Assembly: GCA_905178155.1 (NCBI GenBank)
Contig: CAJINV010000017.1
Coordinates: forward strand, 1,046,722 to 1,110,721
DNA: 64,000 bases
Reading direction: 5' to 3'
DNA from: Amoebophrya sp. A120
Taxonomy: Eukaryota > Protista > Dinoflagellata
Position 1 is the first letter of the stretch; the number at the start of each line of letters is the position of its first letter. A model generated the notes under the pieces. That model worked only from the letters and a program-made list of their open reading frames with translations, made no database searches and was not told where the DNA came from. This document shows positions 13,301 to 24,647 of the stretch, piece by piece. The position numbers and the translations under genes are program-made.

Positions 13301-14351
13301 AAGTACTAGAGGAGGAGCACCTCCAGCGACGTCCAAAGGGGAGCTGCATTTACAGTGGGAGCTGAACAACGTGGCGCGAAGTGTGAAAAGAACTACGTCG
13401 GCAAGCGGTAGTGTCAGGCTACGGGGCCGGAGTCCGCGAAGCCCATCACCGACGGTGCACGCCGGGGGTCCTGGCCGACAGACTTCTGCTGTGCGGCAAA
13501 GTAGTAAAACTTTGCAACAGCGCTCGGCGTCTCCGGCTGCAGTGGAGCGCTTGCACTCCAGGCAAACCGCAAGCAGCCGATTGAAGACTCGGGCCGGCGG
13601 TGCAGGCTCACCCGTTAGTGCGGGAACAACTGCAAGAGAGCATCGAAATCCTTTCAATTCGACTGCCGAGACCTCCAATAAATCGGTCTCGATGGAGTTG
13701 ACAGCTACAGAGCTGAACGCCAGTATTGCAACGATTCGGGGCGGAGCTGCACCAGACAACGACGATTCGGGCCGTCACGAGCCGGCTTTGCTCGCTAGCA
13801 CCGCAAAGGAGACGAGCAGGAAAAGCTCGTTGAGGAGCAATAGCAGCATTCTCGCCGGCGGATCTACTGTGTTCCACCACCCACCTGGGCGCGGAGGTAG
13901 TCCTTTCGGAGGGAAGAGTTATAGTGGCAAAAATCGAGCAGGAGGAGGACCGCGGCAGCCGAGCCCGATGCGTCATCAACGCGGTCATCTGGGAGGTCAA
14001 CAGCGTTGTGTTTCTGCCGCGCGACTGTTTCAGCATCACAATCATGTTGCCCGGCCGGCGCCCACATGTTCTACTTCTTCCCGGAGCAACTCCATCGGCG
14101 GAGGCGCCATTTTCCTTACTACAACCGGCAACCGAGGCGCAGCTGTACCAGTAGCGGTAGCGTCTCCTGGGGTCGTGATGCCGTCCAGTTCTAGTACAAT
14201 TGTTTCACAGCCCCGCACTGTGCTGACGACCAAGGCGGCACAGGAGGCAATCGTCGCCAGGCTGCACTCAGCGCAACGAAAGACGGAACGGGCACGGGAC
14301 AGATCGCCAGTGCCATCAACCGAGCAGCAGTACAGCCTACCACGTCGATAA
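10308..14351 (+). CDS. Large low-complexity/disordered protein of unknown function (1347-aa ORF) with a short coiled-coil segment
   Basis: Long uninterrupted ORF rich in S/T/A/Q/G. Coiled-coil-like LQQQLEKRDARIARLEAQF. It may continue into downstream exons. Confidence 0.6.
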   Translation: MSLLLPRRSLSPVSKAGFHQLQQAGDEGHTSSRTTSTPPPVSSLSHENMEEVQKEKSKSVDQEQISAMILQQLQQGRRPHDSESINPTMKSDNPATAQLPAASLLPEDSPGNASTVATVVLNGSDDVETSQVEIAPDEETVIVDHQDELDLFQNFEENVLLTRNGGGNGKQELLNGRPQLVADAGVVPPRGPIVTPDKNVERRKVTEGLKDQELQSKNAQCNRTEAGGGAFLSNTTSRSPSCVSLADHGCSACEDDEENSIDLVTEECCEDDDTRNYDRVPATSVNYDPASGTISGLQGGAGVLSQKRDVENEMIVSKKIMTKENATTTNTLLHSNPSTPSIEAPSPIVDEDEEQEQFFLVARTDSDEQERQDRKRRELLSSLAQTGEALHGKVENDPSAVLLQLQQQLEKRDARIARLEAQFSILASSTEASHNLLNSCDQLVHGATALSSASASDVGAVDQTHLLGHTAAAAASTGAGELQGQQDKPNSSIKMMTNDTSGLPLLKKSYQAILTSSSSPIGSNYADNYSCGSDVVFSPDLQSALDKVHIHARTSFPYWQAEGGQRNQYASRSINFRDSSAHGETAGAEDALSTSSGPSPPLSSSHGEEVAGQGLLLSDCDHEEEVHKKQQALLQELHNNNLQSQPVVRFVSPIQSTAAPQFFSIGTPAAKPSLRPTSLVMNYNRCSRSSCGATGGLTTLVDDHPPEEKVKATTSVPRITMAATMGHLNATLVTSNYYLSTSPGSKMVGAKNKVVGVPEEVFSPEIVARGLRRGEEEEDLASGLIAWSPERLVCRAGAVKNAGSSSGLLHEQQGQQQPKKGILKKKAMVSATEDTTTARGCTSASAVDKIEKKPSFYVLPEAVAAGGTSEEIKSISATSKYMTEDLQGGTTTCMAMGGHEHERKNGGPQGKAEGAVASTRTDGGQNEISAPISSKTSKNKSKKPSAPAPHPRRQSPRLTTSLHTHMTASSANKLKEHLFHQHATSTSATRTTRPSAAKSTRGGAPPATSKGELHLQWELNNVARSVKRTTSASGSVRLRGRSPRSPSPTVHAGGPGRQTSAVRQSSKTLQQRSASPAAVERLHSRQTASSRLKTRAGGAGSPVSAGTTAREHRNPFNSTAETSNKSVSMELTATELNASIATIRGGAAPDNDDSGRHEPALLASTAKETSRKSSLRSNSSILAGGSTVFHHPPGRGGSPFGGKSYSGKNRAGGGPRQPSPMRHQRGHLGGQQRCVSAARLFQHHNHVARPAPTCSTSSRSNSIGGGAIFLTTTGNRGAAVPVAVASPGVVMPSSSSTIVSQPRTVLTTKAAQEAIVARLHSAQRKTERARDRSPVPSTEQQYSLPRR

Positions 14352-14596
14352 ATATTAGCAAGCTGATTTGAACTTGCGCTCTTTTTGAAAAAAATAAAAA
14401 TTCGTGTTCAATACAACCAAGGAGCGCGTATTTTTATTTTATTTTTCAGGATGACTGATATTATAATTATAGCAACTCAAGGTCTGACTTGTTGAGGACT
14501 GTGAACAAGTTACGAGGGAAAAAATTAGGATGCATGTTGTAAACAAACATCAGGCACGGTGTTTCCGAATCGAAAGCCGACCACGCGAGGAACGCC

Positions 14597-16549
14597 GTGG
14601 TGACGGTGAGAACAAGTCAGCAACCACCTACAGAAGTAGTTCAAGGCACCAGCGTAGTCGGGTTTGGTTCGCAGACCCTCTGCGAGTTTCTCCCGCCCTT
14701 CCGCACCGCTGTTTCGTCGGCGAGAAGCAGTGTGGTCAGCACGACTTCCGGAGCAGTGCCAGTGGTCATCCCGGGACGGGAAGTTGCAGCTAAACAGCAG
14801 CTTTATAAAAATTCCGGTGCAGCAGGAGCTGCAGAGACGGAGCAGCGGCTGTGTTCTGGGCGGTGTCCGCTCCCAGCTGCCTTGATGCCGGACAAGAACT
14901 CGACCTGCTCAACATCCGTCGCACCCGCACGATCGGAAAAACACACTTTGCTTCAGCAAGAAAGCGAGTACCATAATCAGATTCTCAACTTGGTCCCACC
15001 TTCGGACACCCAGGAGCTGATTTCTTCCCTTTTGAAGGCCAATAAGGGGAAGCAGACCTTGCTGAGTGAGAGCAACAGCAATGTCGAGCTACACAACGAA
15101 GGCACAGGAGATGGTCCTCTACCAGATGCTGGAAGCAATGCAGAGGAGAAGATCAAGAACATCAATGGAGCAGCTACTGCTACGTCTTTTTCTGCAAGAA
15201 CAGTGGAGCGCCGAATTTCCGCTGCTGGTAATGTCAATGTGCAGCTCAGTCAGCAAGTCGTCCCGCTAGTGCAGCAACTGCAGCAAGAAAAGAACACTAC
15301 CACAGCCATTGGCAGAATCCGGTCCTCGTCCACATCACCAGGCGCGGTGATTCGCGTGACAACCCCGACCAACCGGACCCTGCTGAACTCCAGTATGACC
15401 AGCTGCGCGAGTTTTTTCACGGCGCAACAAAGTTCTTGTGGGGTGAAAATGTCAAACAACACGACGTTTTTGACCAGCGCAATGACGCCGACAACGACGA
15501 CAAAAGTGGTCCCTTTTCCGGCCTCGAGCGGAGACGAGGGACAAAAAGTTATCAATTACGACGCAGCTGTGCCTTGTTTCACCATGACCGCACCAAAACT
15601 GAGTTTACCGCTCTCCACCGGGGTGCCGAAGTTAGACTTCGTGCCGAAGTTCTCGTTTGCGCCATCAAATCAGCTGCGGAAGCAATACTCGTCTCAGGTC
15701 GGAAATAGCGGAGGGGTTGCGACGTCTGCTGGCGGACCGGTATATCTACTCAGTTTGTTGCTCTTGCTAGAGCGAGGTAACAAATGACCCGTTAACTCGC
15801 GCCCGCGAGTTAGCCGTCCGCCCGGCCGGCCAGACGGTTAACTCGCGGTTAGAAATGTAGACAAAGCGATGGTAGCACAAATTTGAATCGAAGATCGGCG
15901 AGCACTTCGGGGTAGATTTGCACCACGACAATTCGACTTGTCTACACTTCTAACCGCGAGTTAACCGTCCGGCCGGCCGGCCGGACGGCTAACTCGCGGG
16001 TGCGAGTTAACGGGTCATTTGATGTTACCTCGCTCCTATAAATATGACAATTTGATGTTGAAGCTAGTGTTCCATTTCAGCATCTTCATTCCCATGACAG
16101 TTGTATAATGCACTACTTTCCCCATCCGTATCCGTACGTGAATTATCGTCAAGTTCTGACAATTATTGAAACTACCGCAGGTGGATGATCAGCATAACGA
16201 GGACCAATCCCACGATGGCTTTCCGCGCAATCCGAGCAAAGCAAGTGACGGTACTAGCGGTACTACTAGTGCGAATATTTCCCAGCACAAGAAAAATTAC
16301 GAGCAGCCCCAGGCCTGTACGCCAGACGCTCCAGCGCCGGGAATTTTCGTCTTGAACGGAGGTAAGAACTACGGAGTAGCTTCGCATCAGACCAGTTGTT
16401 CTTTCATGATCAGACGAGGAGATGAAAATGTCGCACAACATTCGCAGCATGTAGTTGCGAACTGTCCGCGGCCACTGCTGCGGAACGCAAATGGAAACCG
16501 CGTCGGACCGCATGTGCCAAGGGTGGCCGGCTGCAGAGAGTGGGATTAG
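14597..16549 (+). CDS. Low-complexity coding exons (14597-15739, 16181-16549), possibly the continuation of the 10308 gene
   Basis: 396-aa and 127-aa ORFs can be joined by a phase-0 GT-AG intron at 15740-16180. The upstream junction is unresolved. Confidence 0.45.
15770..16035. mobile_element. Foldback/MITE-like element inside a canonical intron
   Basis: ~100-bp near-perfect inverted arms gagcgaggtaaca-aatgacccgttaactcgc... / ...gcgagttaacgggtcattt-gatgttacctcgctc, with internal ttaactcgcg/cgcgagttaa sub-repeats. Confidence 0.8.
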
Positions 16550-17872
16550 AACTGACTGCGTTCGAGCAATGTAGTAAATGTTGACTTAGCTACGGCGCCA
16601 AGTGGTGCGTGAACCTAAAGAAACCGGCTGCTTAGTCGTGAACCCAGAAGTGATTTTGCAATGCATGATGCTGGTGTAATCTCCTCCTTTCTCATTCTCA
16701 CACACGGAGACGGACGTCTGTATTTTAACGACACAGGGCCTGCTCCTTTTCCTGCGTTATTTTTTTTACGAATTGTGTGACAAGAGGAAACTTTGATGTA
16801 GCTAGTGCGTCCTCCACCTTCCCCCGACGTGTCGGAGGTTTCGATTAGACTACATTTAGATTTTACATTGCATGTCTTTCAAAATCTTCATCATTTCTCG
16901 TTTCTACTTCTTCAAAAGTAGTTGGATTTATTACCACCACGAAGGCAATATTCACATAAAAACATCGACAGAAGTTTCAGCATATTGACATAGTTAGGTA
17001 TTGTGGTCTGTTTCTAACTTTTTTGCTCATGAAGCATGAGCTGCTAGCAAATTTACCGATTTAATATCAAAGCACAACAACAAGAAGAGTTACTTTCACA
17101 TGACATAATGTATGAATTCCTGTCAACTACACGACTGCACAAAAGCAACGCTCAAAACGAATTCATCGCTTTTCCCACTGTAGATCAGGAATCTCCTCTG
17201 AAGAGTCTCGGTAGCTTCTCATTCGTCCGCGTTCACCTCTTTTTTGGCAACGCACCGAGGTTGTGCACCACGTTTGAATAAATGTGATCTCCGACCCGGT
17301 GCCAGCACTACACGACCGAAGAAAAGTGCATCATGGCATGAACGATGATGTTGATGAAGATCAAGGTTTTTCTGCCACCCCTTCTGTCTAATGCTCTTCT
17401 CGGTTTTCGAAGGTAAAAGTTCGGATCTTCTGACCTTTGAGTGTATTCATTTTCTTCTACAACAACCAGCCCATCGGATCATCTGGTGCTTTCAATTTGA
17501 TCTTCCGTTTTGAAGTGCCTTTCTGTTGTTTGCCCGCATTCGTTGTGTTGGAAATTCTGATCTTCCGCATGTTGGATGTCGTGTACCGTCTATGAGTAGC
17601 CGCACAATTTGGGCTCACGACCGTGTCTTTGGCGTATTTGTGACAAGCTCCTTCTTTTCGCGGCACTTTTGTTGCTTGCTGGTTGGATCCATATACTGAT
17701 GTTCAACATTTATGTGCTGCAGATCTACTTATGTCTATCTTGTTCAACATCCCCCTGACCCTGTTTCTCTTCGCTTCTAACGTGAAAGGTCAGCAAAGAC
17801 TTCTGAGCGCCCGCTCCGCACGCAAAAGCATTTTTTTTTTGTAAAACTATCTAAAAATTCGCAACCATCAAA

Positions 17873-20800
17873 ATGCGAAGAAAAAAGCCGGAGCCATTTC
17901 TTTATTCTCAGGCTGAGGCCGTCGAGGATCTTTGTGCCGATGATCCTAGCAGCACGTCGGCGGGCGCGACAAGTTGTCGCTTGCGAGTAGGCTCTCCGTC
18001 CTCCAGGCCCTCTTCACGACCAGTTGTGACGCGGCAGGAGGCGCCAGCAACTGTACCTAGGCCCTCAGAAACAGAATCAGACCTTCGTGCAGCTGACTAC
18101 AGTGTCCCGATTGCTAATGCAGGAAGCCTTATTGTAGGCGGTATTCGACGACGGGGACGGCACCGACTTCATAGTAAAGTGCAAAAAGAATTCCTTGATG
18201 CTCCCGGCAGCACCGCTGGCGCCAGGAGCAATATAATCACGCCAGCACCATGCACCGCAGCAGGGCTTTCGTTCAAAACCACGACGAAAAAGAGTAGTGC
18301 GAGCCGAAAACGATATCAATCACGTTGCAGCTTTGTACAAGGTCAAGTAGATGAAGCACAGGACGAGGCGATGAGTCATCATGCTGATGGTATGTGTAGC
18401 TGTAGCACCACGAGGCACAGGAGCGGCAACACGTCTAATTCGAACATCGAACAGCCACGACAAACAAGCTATGTGCAGGTGAAGTCAGCAGTCGTAGCTC
18501 GCAAGAACACGCAGGAACGTCATCGCGGTGGAGAAAAGCAATGTCTTCCCTCGTCCACGATTGAGCGTTCATATATCATTACCTCAGAAAGAAAAGGCAA
18601 GCATATCGCAACCACCTCCAGCGAAGAAGGAGGTGCAGCAGCTACGATAGAGATAGTAGAGGACCACGTAGCCGACTCTACCAAAGCACCTACAGTTATA
18701 TCCGATCTGCAGAGGCAGGCACGCGAAGATCCACGCCATCGCTCAGACATTCCTCCGAGTATTAGCTGGTGGGCATCGACGCGTTCGCTTTGCAGTAGAG
18801 GATTCGCAAAAAGCTATAAGCACCCTTCGCAACGCACAGAGCCGCATCTCCTTGAAAATGCAAAGGCCCAGGAGCAGGATCATCTTCACGCAGCTGGTTT
18901 TTGGTCCAAGAACGGCATGCAGGCTGCAATTCTGAGTTGCGGCAAGCCTTTCGCGGGCCTACTTCTACACCGAGCTTTATCTGGAAAAGGAGTCTGGTGT
19001 TCGGCGGCAAATCAACTACTTCATCTTCTTCCAAGGAGACATATTAGAAGACAGAAGGACAAGCTGCAGCTCCTGGAACATCAAGCCCCGACGTCTGGGG
19101 GAAGGCTTATTTTCGCGAAGATGGTCGTCTTGGCCCTTTGCGTCGCGATCCATGAGCTACTACCTTCGCGAACCAGACTGGAGACATTTGTACGCAGCTC
19201 GTCCTCAAGCTACTACACTCATCTTACAGGAGTAGAGCGCCCTAATCCTAAAGGTGCTGTTCACTCTGCAGCAGAGGTTCTGTCTGACACAACCTCACGA
19301 CAAGCGTCGTCCTTTACAGAGCAGAGTCAATTCGATTTGGATAGCCGAGACGACTACGACTCGCCGGTTTTTTATTCCGCAAGAAGCACCCTCCCGCACA
19401 GTGCCGCGACAACGCCACCCGGGGAGGCAGAAGAACAACAGCCGGCTCGGCATCAAGTAGGCGTGGGCCACACTACACCAGGTGATTTTGGATGCCGCGA
19501 AAGTAGAACCCAAGGACAAGGAGTATCTACTTCCGCCCGATCAGCTGCGACGAGTATTAGGCCGCCCGTCGGTGCTGTTGCGGAAGGACATGAAAAGATT
19601 TTTTTCCAAGAAAACTCATGCCCAGGACAACGACAAGGAGTTCCAACAGGAGAAAGGTCTGCCGCGTCCTACTCTCGCGTCGGGCGAAGGCCTGACGCTG
19701 ATCGCCGCACTTCGCTGCACGACGTCCCAGAAACCGCCGTTCTGGATGTGGATGCAGATGGGGAAGAAGTTGTGGCTACAACAACCACGACACGAAATAA
19801 TCAGGTGTCTCCTCCACTTTCCGCTCCTACCCCGATCAGTAGAGCGCCTACGTCGCAGCAGAATCACCAGCTATTCGGCTCTTTCATTATCGGAGCTGCC
19901 GCTGCTCCTGCGGCGCCAAGTGTGGAAGTTGTGACCGGGCTAGTACCAGAACACGACCACGTTTCCGACCACGGGGCGAGTCTAGAAGTAGATGAACCAC
20001 AGATGGTACAGGACGACATCACTGCTGATCAGTCAGCGGGGGAGCCTGTAACATCCACAACATCAGGTAGATCATCTGAAGATGAACAAATTAACCAGTA
20101 CCTGGATCATGAAGAGCAATTGATGGCGGAGAACGTGGTTGACGCAGCGCAGCCCAATGCAGTAGACAACTTGGATATTGGACAAGAGCACCTGCACCCC
20201 TTGGACCGGCTCATTCCGCGGTTCCACGGGTCGGACATTGAGGACCAGCAGGCGATCGCCGGCGGCATTGACGCGAAAAACGCCCGCACGAAGGGGGAGC
20301 AATGCGATGTGCCGCTCGAAATTTTCCTCGACTACGCCAGCCCGCCACGAACGCCGGACGTGTGCACGGTGCGGTTTATCGGGTCCGAAGAGCTGGCGAA
20401 GCAGGGGGAGACGCCGGGATTCGACTTCTACTTCACCGACTCGCTCCACAAAGTCCCGTATTTGGGCCGGAGGGATAACTGGTTTTTCCTGGAAAGGGTA
20501 GGGGAATGAAACTAATGAAAAGTGGGCTCCATACAGAGCTGCAGTTGGAGCTGCTAGTAGTACCTGGGGGATCACGCGGTGCCACATCACCAGGAGGCAC
20601 CATAAGGCTTCAGATTTGCCTATGAAGATTCTAGGCTCGGTAAGAACATGCCATTCTATCGTCCACTTGTAGAGTACGAGTAGAGCTGTATTGCACCGTT
20701 TTCATCGAAAATATCTTGACTTCACATCATTCCCCCAGGTAGTTGATGATCCAGCTGCATGATTTTTCTTGGATATCTTTTCGAGCAGGACTATTGGCCT

Positions 20801-23800
20801 CTGAAAGAACTGGTCGAAGTCGACATGGATGAGCTTATGCGGAATAAGGTTAGAGTTTTCATTTAAGTACTACTTCTACTTTCTTTATTGTTCATGCACG
20901 ACAAATCAGTTGTGTGATGCGCGATCTACATCTACTCATTCATCTCGATCACAATTGAAAAACGACCTTCTGACAGACGCGCATGATTTCCATGCTGGCT
21001 CCCAAGCGCGCGGAGACCGACCCCGATTCCCTCAGTTACCAGTTTCGGGTCCTGCTGCAGCAGGCGCTGCGCATTTTCCCGGACCACGTTTTTTACGACG
21101 ACAAAACCGACGAAACCTACAAGAAGTCGATGGATCCGTACCGCTTCTGCATGATTTTGGACGACGAGCTCCCGCGGGTTTCCATGGCCTACCTGCGCGC
21201 GCTGCGGCACCATTGCGTGCCGATCTTCAATGGGTTCTCCGACTTTGGCGGCATGTTCTACGACGCGGTGATGCCGTTCGAGGATTTGCTGAATCTGCCC
21301 GCATTTTTGGAAAATCTGAACGATTTGGACCACCAGATCGGCGCTTTGTGGAGCTACCAGCGCACACTGCAGGACATGCTGTACTACCGCTACCGGGTCG
21401 GGTTTTTGCCGACGCTGAGGCAGTACGCGTGCACGATTTGCCGGATGCACAGGATACGGAAGGAAACCCGGAGGGACGCGCCTCTGGTAATATTGTACTA
21501 CCACTTCTATATGTGGAAGGCAGTTCATGTTTTTTACTTGTAAAAACTAGGTCAGCATCACAATAAAGTGGAAGGATCCCGATCTTGCACCGGCCAGCAT
21601 TGTTTCATCTGGCATAGATCATCTGACTTCGCGCTCGATTTCCACCAACACAGGTGTTCGTTGGCGTCTACTCAGCGTTGAAAAATGTCCAAAAGCGGGA
21701 CGTTTTACGCCGCACTTGGCTGCGGGTCTTGAAAAAATTTGGAATCCGCTACAAATTCTTCCTGAATGCGGACAACGCGGTGGTCCGTGCGGAAAACGAC
21801 CAACACGACGACATGATCTTCCTCGGCGTTTCGGAGGGATACCGCCTAAACAGCCGCAAGGGGTTGTTATTCCACAACTGGATCGCGGCGCACAGCAACG
21901 CCCTGTATCTGCTCAAAATCGACGACGACATCTACTTTCGACCGGCGCCGTTCCTGGAGCAGCTCCGCTTCAAGTCGCCCTTCATGTATAGACAATTGGG
22001 ATTGATGACGATATTGCTAATTCCACTTTGTTACGTGGCGCGCTACAAAATTCACCATTCTAATGAACCAATGTTGTGTTTTCTCTTTCAGTATCGCGAT
22101 AGAAATAAAATTTGTAACTTTCGCGGATTTCGTCCAGCAATAAAAATGAAATTTTGAAATTTCGCGGATCAGATTCCGATTGTGGGCATTTGGCTCAGCG
22201 TCCTCGTGGTTATATTCGTAAGAGTTGTCAAATGTGGTGACCAGTCAGACGCTAGATGACTTGTTGCTCCAAGTTTGACGAAAATAAAAATAAAATTTTG
22301 AAATTTCGCGGATTGCATCCATGGAGGAGAAAGAGACAGCCGCATGACGATGCAAGTGGATTTTTTACTACATCAACGTACAACAGGAGGCGCAAAGATC
22401 ACGATCAATTTCCTGCATGAAACCTGTTCAGGTACATCTGGGGCTATTTCGACTACATTTCCCCCGTTCCCCGGGATCCAGCTGACCACTTTTTCAACCC
22501 CCGGGAGATCTACCCCTACGACATGTTTCCGCCCTACCCGCGCGGTGTGGTGCGGATCGTCAGCATGGACGTGATTCGGCGGTTCGCGGAACTAGACCGC
22601 GAAGGCAAACTGCGGACGATCTTTGGGGACGACCCGAACATGGGCGTGCACATGCGGCACATTGTTTTCGATCCGGATGAGCCCATGTCGCTGAACTTGG
22701 ACGTATGAAAGCCTCAGGTTGGAAATCCTCAAAGTGAAAATAATTTGTAATGCAAAAAAACGACTCCAGTTAAGGTGCCGCTTCTAGTCGGCGCATGACA
22801 AATTTCCCGGGCACTCAAAACGTGTCTGTCATGCTAGTTAGGCAAAGGGGGGCCCTTCTCTCATGCTACTCAGCAGCCCAACTCTGAACCCGTAGAAGCA
22901 CAATAGTCGGCCTCCATTGCGTTCTCTGCAATGCAGTCTTTTTGGTGTGGCATTTCATGCATCACAAATTATTTCCACGTTGAGGATTTCCATTCTGAGG
23001 GTGTCATAGGACGATATCGACAGCTACAAAGTGTTCGCGATGAACCCCGAGTGCATATCAAATGTAAAAATGTCTGGGTCTGGAAGAATGCAACTTGTGA
23101 TGCTGAATTTGGATTCCAAAAAAATCTGTATTGCATAAGCAGCAAAGGGAGTGTAATTTTTGCTACGCGGAGAGGGCATTTGTCATGCGGAATAGGCATC
23201 GCGAGACCCTCAAAAACTCTGTGATGCTAGGGCATGCATCACAGACGTCAGGAGTCATGCAAAACGTGCATGACAAACCTGGCAATCTTCCAGACCCAGA
23301 CATTTTTACATTTGATAGTGCAAGATCCTGAACAATACGGAGCCTGAAATCGACTACGAAAACCCGGGGAACACGAAGAAGGTAGAGATTAGATTTAGAA
23401 TACAAAATTGTTGTATCCTTGCATGACAAACTGAAACTTCTTTATCTTTTGCTCGTGGTGTGTTTAGCCCGGAAAGGTGTAGTAAGTAATTAGCTCATCT
23501 TGTGTCCTCTTCGTCCTCGGTTTCTACAACTAGAGAGGTGCAGCAGAAGAGTCTCGGTCTCGCTCCGCAAATCACACAACAACGACCTTCACGTCGTTCT
23601 TGTGGAACAATGAATACACACTTCCTACACAGGTGAAGCAGTGGAGCCCGATGACGAACCGTTCGTGGGTGTTTCACCACGTAAACCACGAGCAGATCGA
23701 GTGCATGTGGAACACGGACATTGCGACCGGGTACTACGATGAAGTAGAACTCTTTCCCAAGCGCCTCATCCGCGAAGGCTTTCCCAACGTTTGTCCCTGC

Positions 23801-23941
23801 ATCCATAATTACGGGTCGTGGGAAACGAGGAGACAGGAGTTGGAAGCCTGGGAAGAGGAGCGAAGGAGAAATCCAATCATGATTGATGTGGACCCAGATT
23901 TCGAAAAGGACCCGGAAGAGCGAGCGCATCCAATGGGGTGA
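17873..23941 (+). CDS. Multi-exon glycosyltransferase: exostosin/GT47-like region followed by a GT31 (Galactosyl_T) domain
   Basis: GT31 motifs: VFVGVYS..KRDVLRRTW, HDDMIFL, YLLKIDDDIY, YIWG, FPPYPRG, GDDPNMG. GT47-like segment: YKKSMDPYRFCMIL...HCVPIF...MPFEDLL. A hydrophobic segment (LIFAKMVVLALCVAI) lies in exon 1. Not all exon borders are resolved. Confidence 0.75.
22102..22313. repeat. Three dispersed ~30-nt direct repeats in a canonical intron
   Basis: aataaaaat(g/a)aaattttgaaatttcgcggat at ~22139 and ~22283, with a degenerate copy at ~22102. Confidence 0.7.
22704..23008. mobile_element. Introner
   Basis: TIR tatgaaagcctcaggttggaaatcctcaa...ttgaggatttccattctgagggtgtcata. Perfect TSD GGACG. 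Related to 58701-59013. Confidence 0.9.
23056..23317. mobile_element. Introner (gtctgggtctggaa family)
   Basis: Perfect ~32-bp TIR tatcaaatgtaaaaatgtctgggtctggaaga. Perfect TSD GTGCA. Excision gives NPEC|KILN. Confidence 0.92.
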
Positions 23942-24647
23942 AGATGAAAGGAGGATTTTTGAAAAATACCGGATGTTGACCAGACACCGACGCGTAGTAG
24001 GACGACGGTCGTCGTTATCAGGTTCTGCTTTCTGAATGAAGATGGATGTCACGATCTCCAGTACCTTCTTGACAGCAAGTGCAGCTATTGCTATGAAAAT
24101 GACTACAGTCAGCGTATATATAAAGTGAAAGTGAGCAGAAAACTGTGATGGATTCTTCAGTTGAGAGAAAGTGCACTGCAGTTTCAGAAGCGCTGACAGA
24201 AGTTCCTGAAGTTGGATGGACGAACAGAGATTCCTGTATAGTCGTAGCTTTTATTTTCTTGAGATTGAACACTGTTTTTCTTGGACACTTGGCCCCTGTC
24301 TGGTCCGGTTTCGACGAGTCATCTTCTCGTCTCAGGAGCCTCGTCTGTTCTTCTAAATAATGGTAAACTCCTGCTGTTTGTGTTTTCGAATTCGATGATT
24401 GTTTTTCCTGCGGCCTTTTTTTCCGCAAGACCGCGTTGGTGTTTACTTTTCTGAAGAGATTGACAAGGAGCAAACGAACCCTGAATGCATAGTCGTTGTC
24501 TTCACTGGTGCTAACGTATCGACGAACATTACCTCTGTCAGTAACATGCTACGCTCGCTCTAGTATGTGTGTACTCTTAGTTGTGAAACTAAATTCGACT
24601 CCACAACTTTTCGTACCGTCCAGTGAAAAAATCCTCAACATCAAATT

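Noticed and set aside
22184-22200. Possible dinoflagellate spliced-leader relic (gcatttggctcag)
   Set aside because: Short imperfect match inside an intron; chance is likely.
22931-23429. Recurring short peptides such as MSGSGR / VWVWK / PDPDIF in several ORFs
   Set aside because: They are translations of the gtctgggtctggaa introner TIR, not a protein family.
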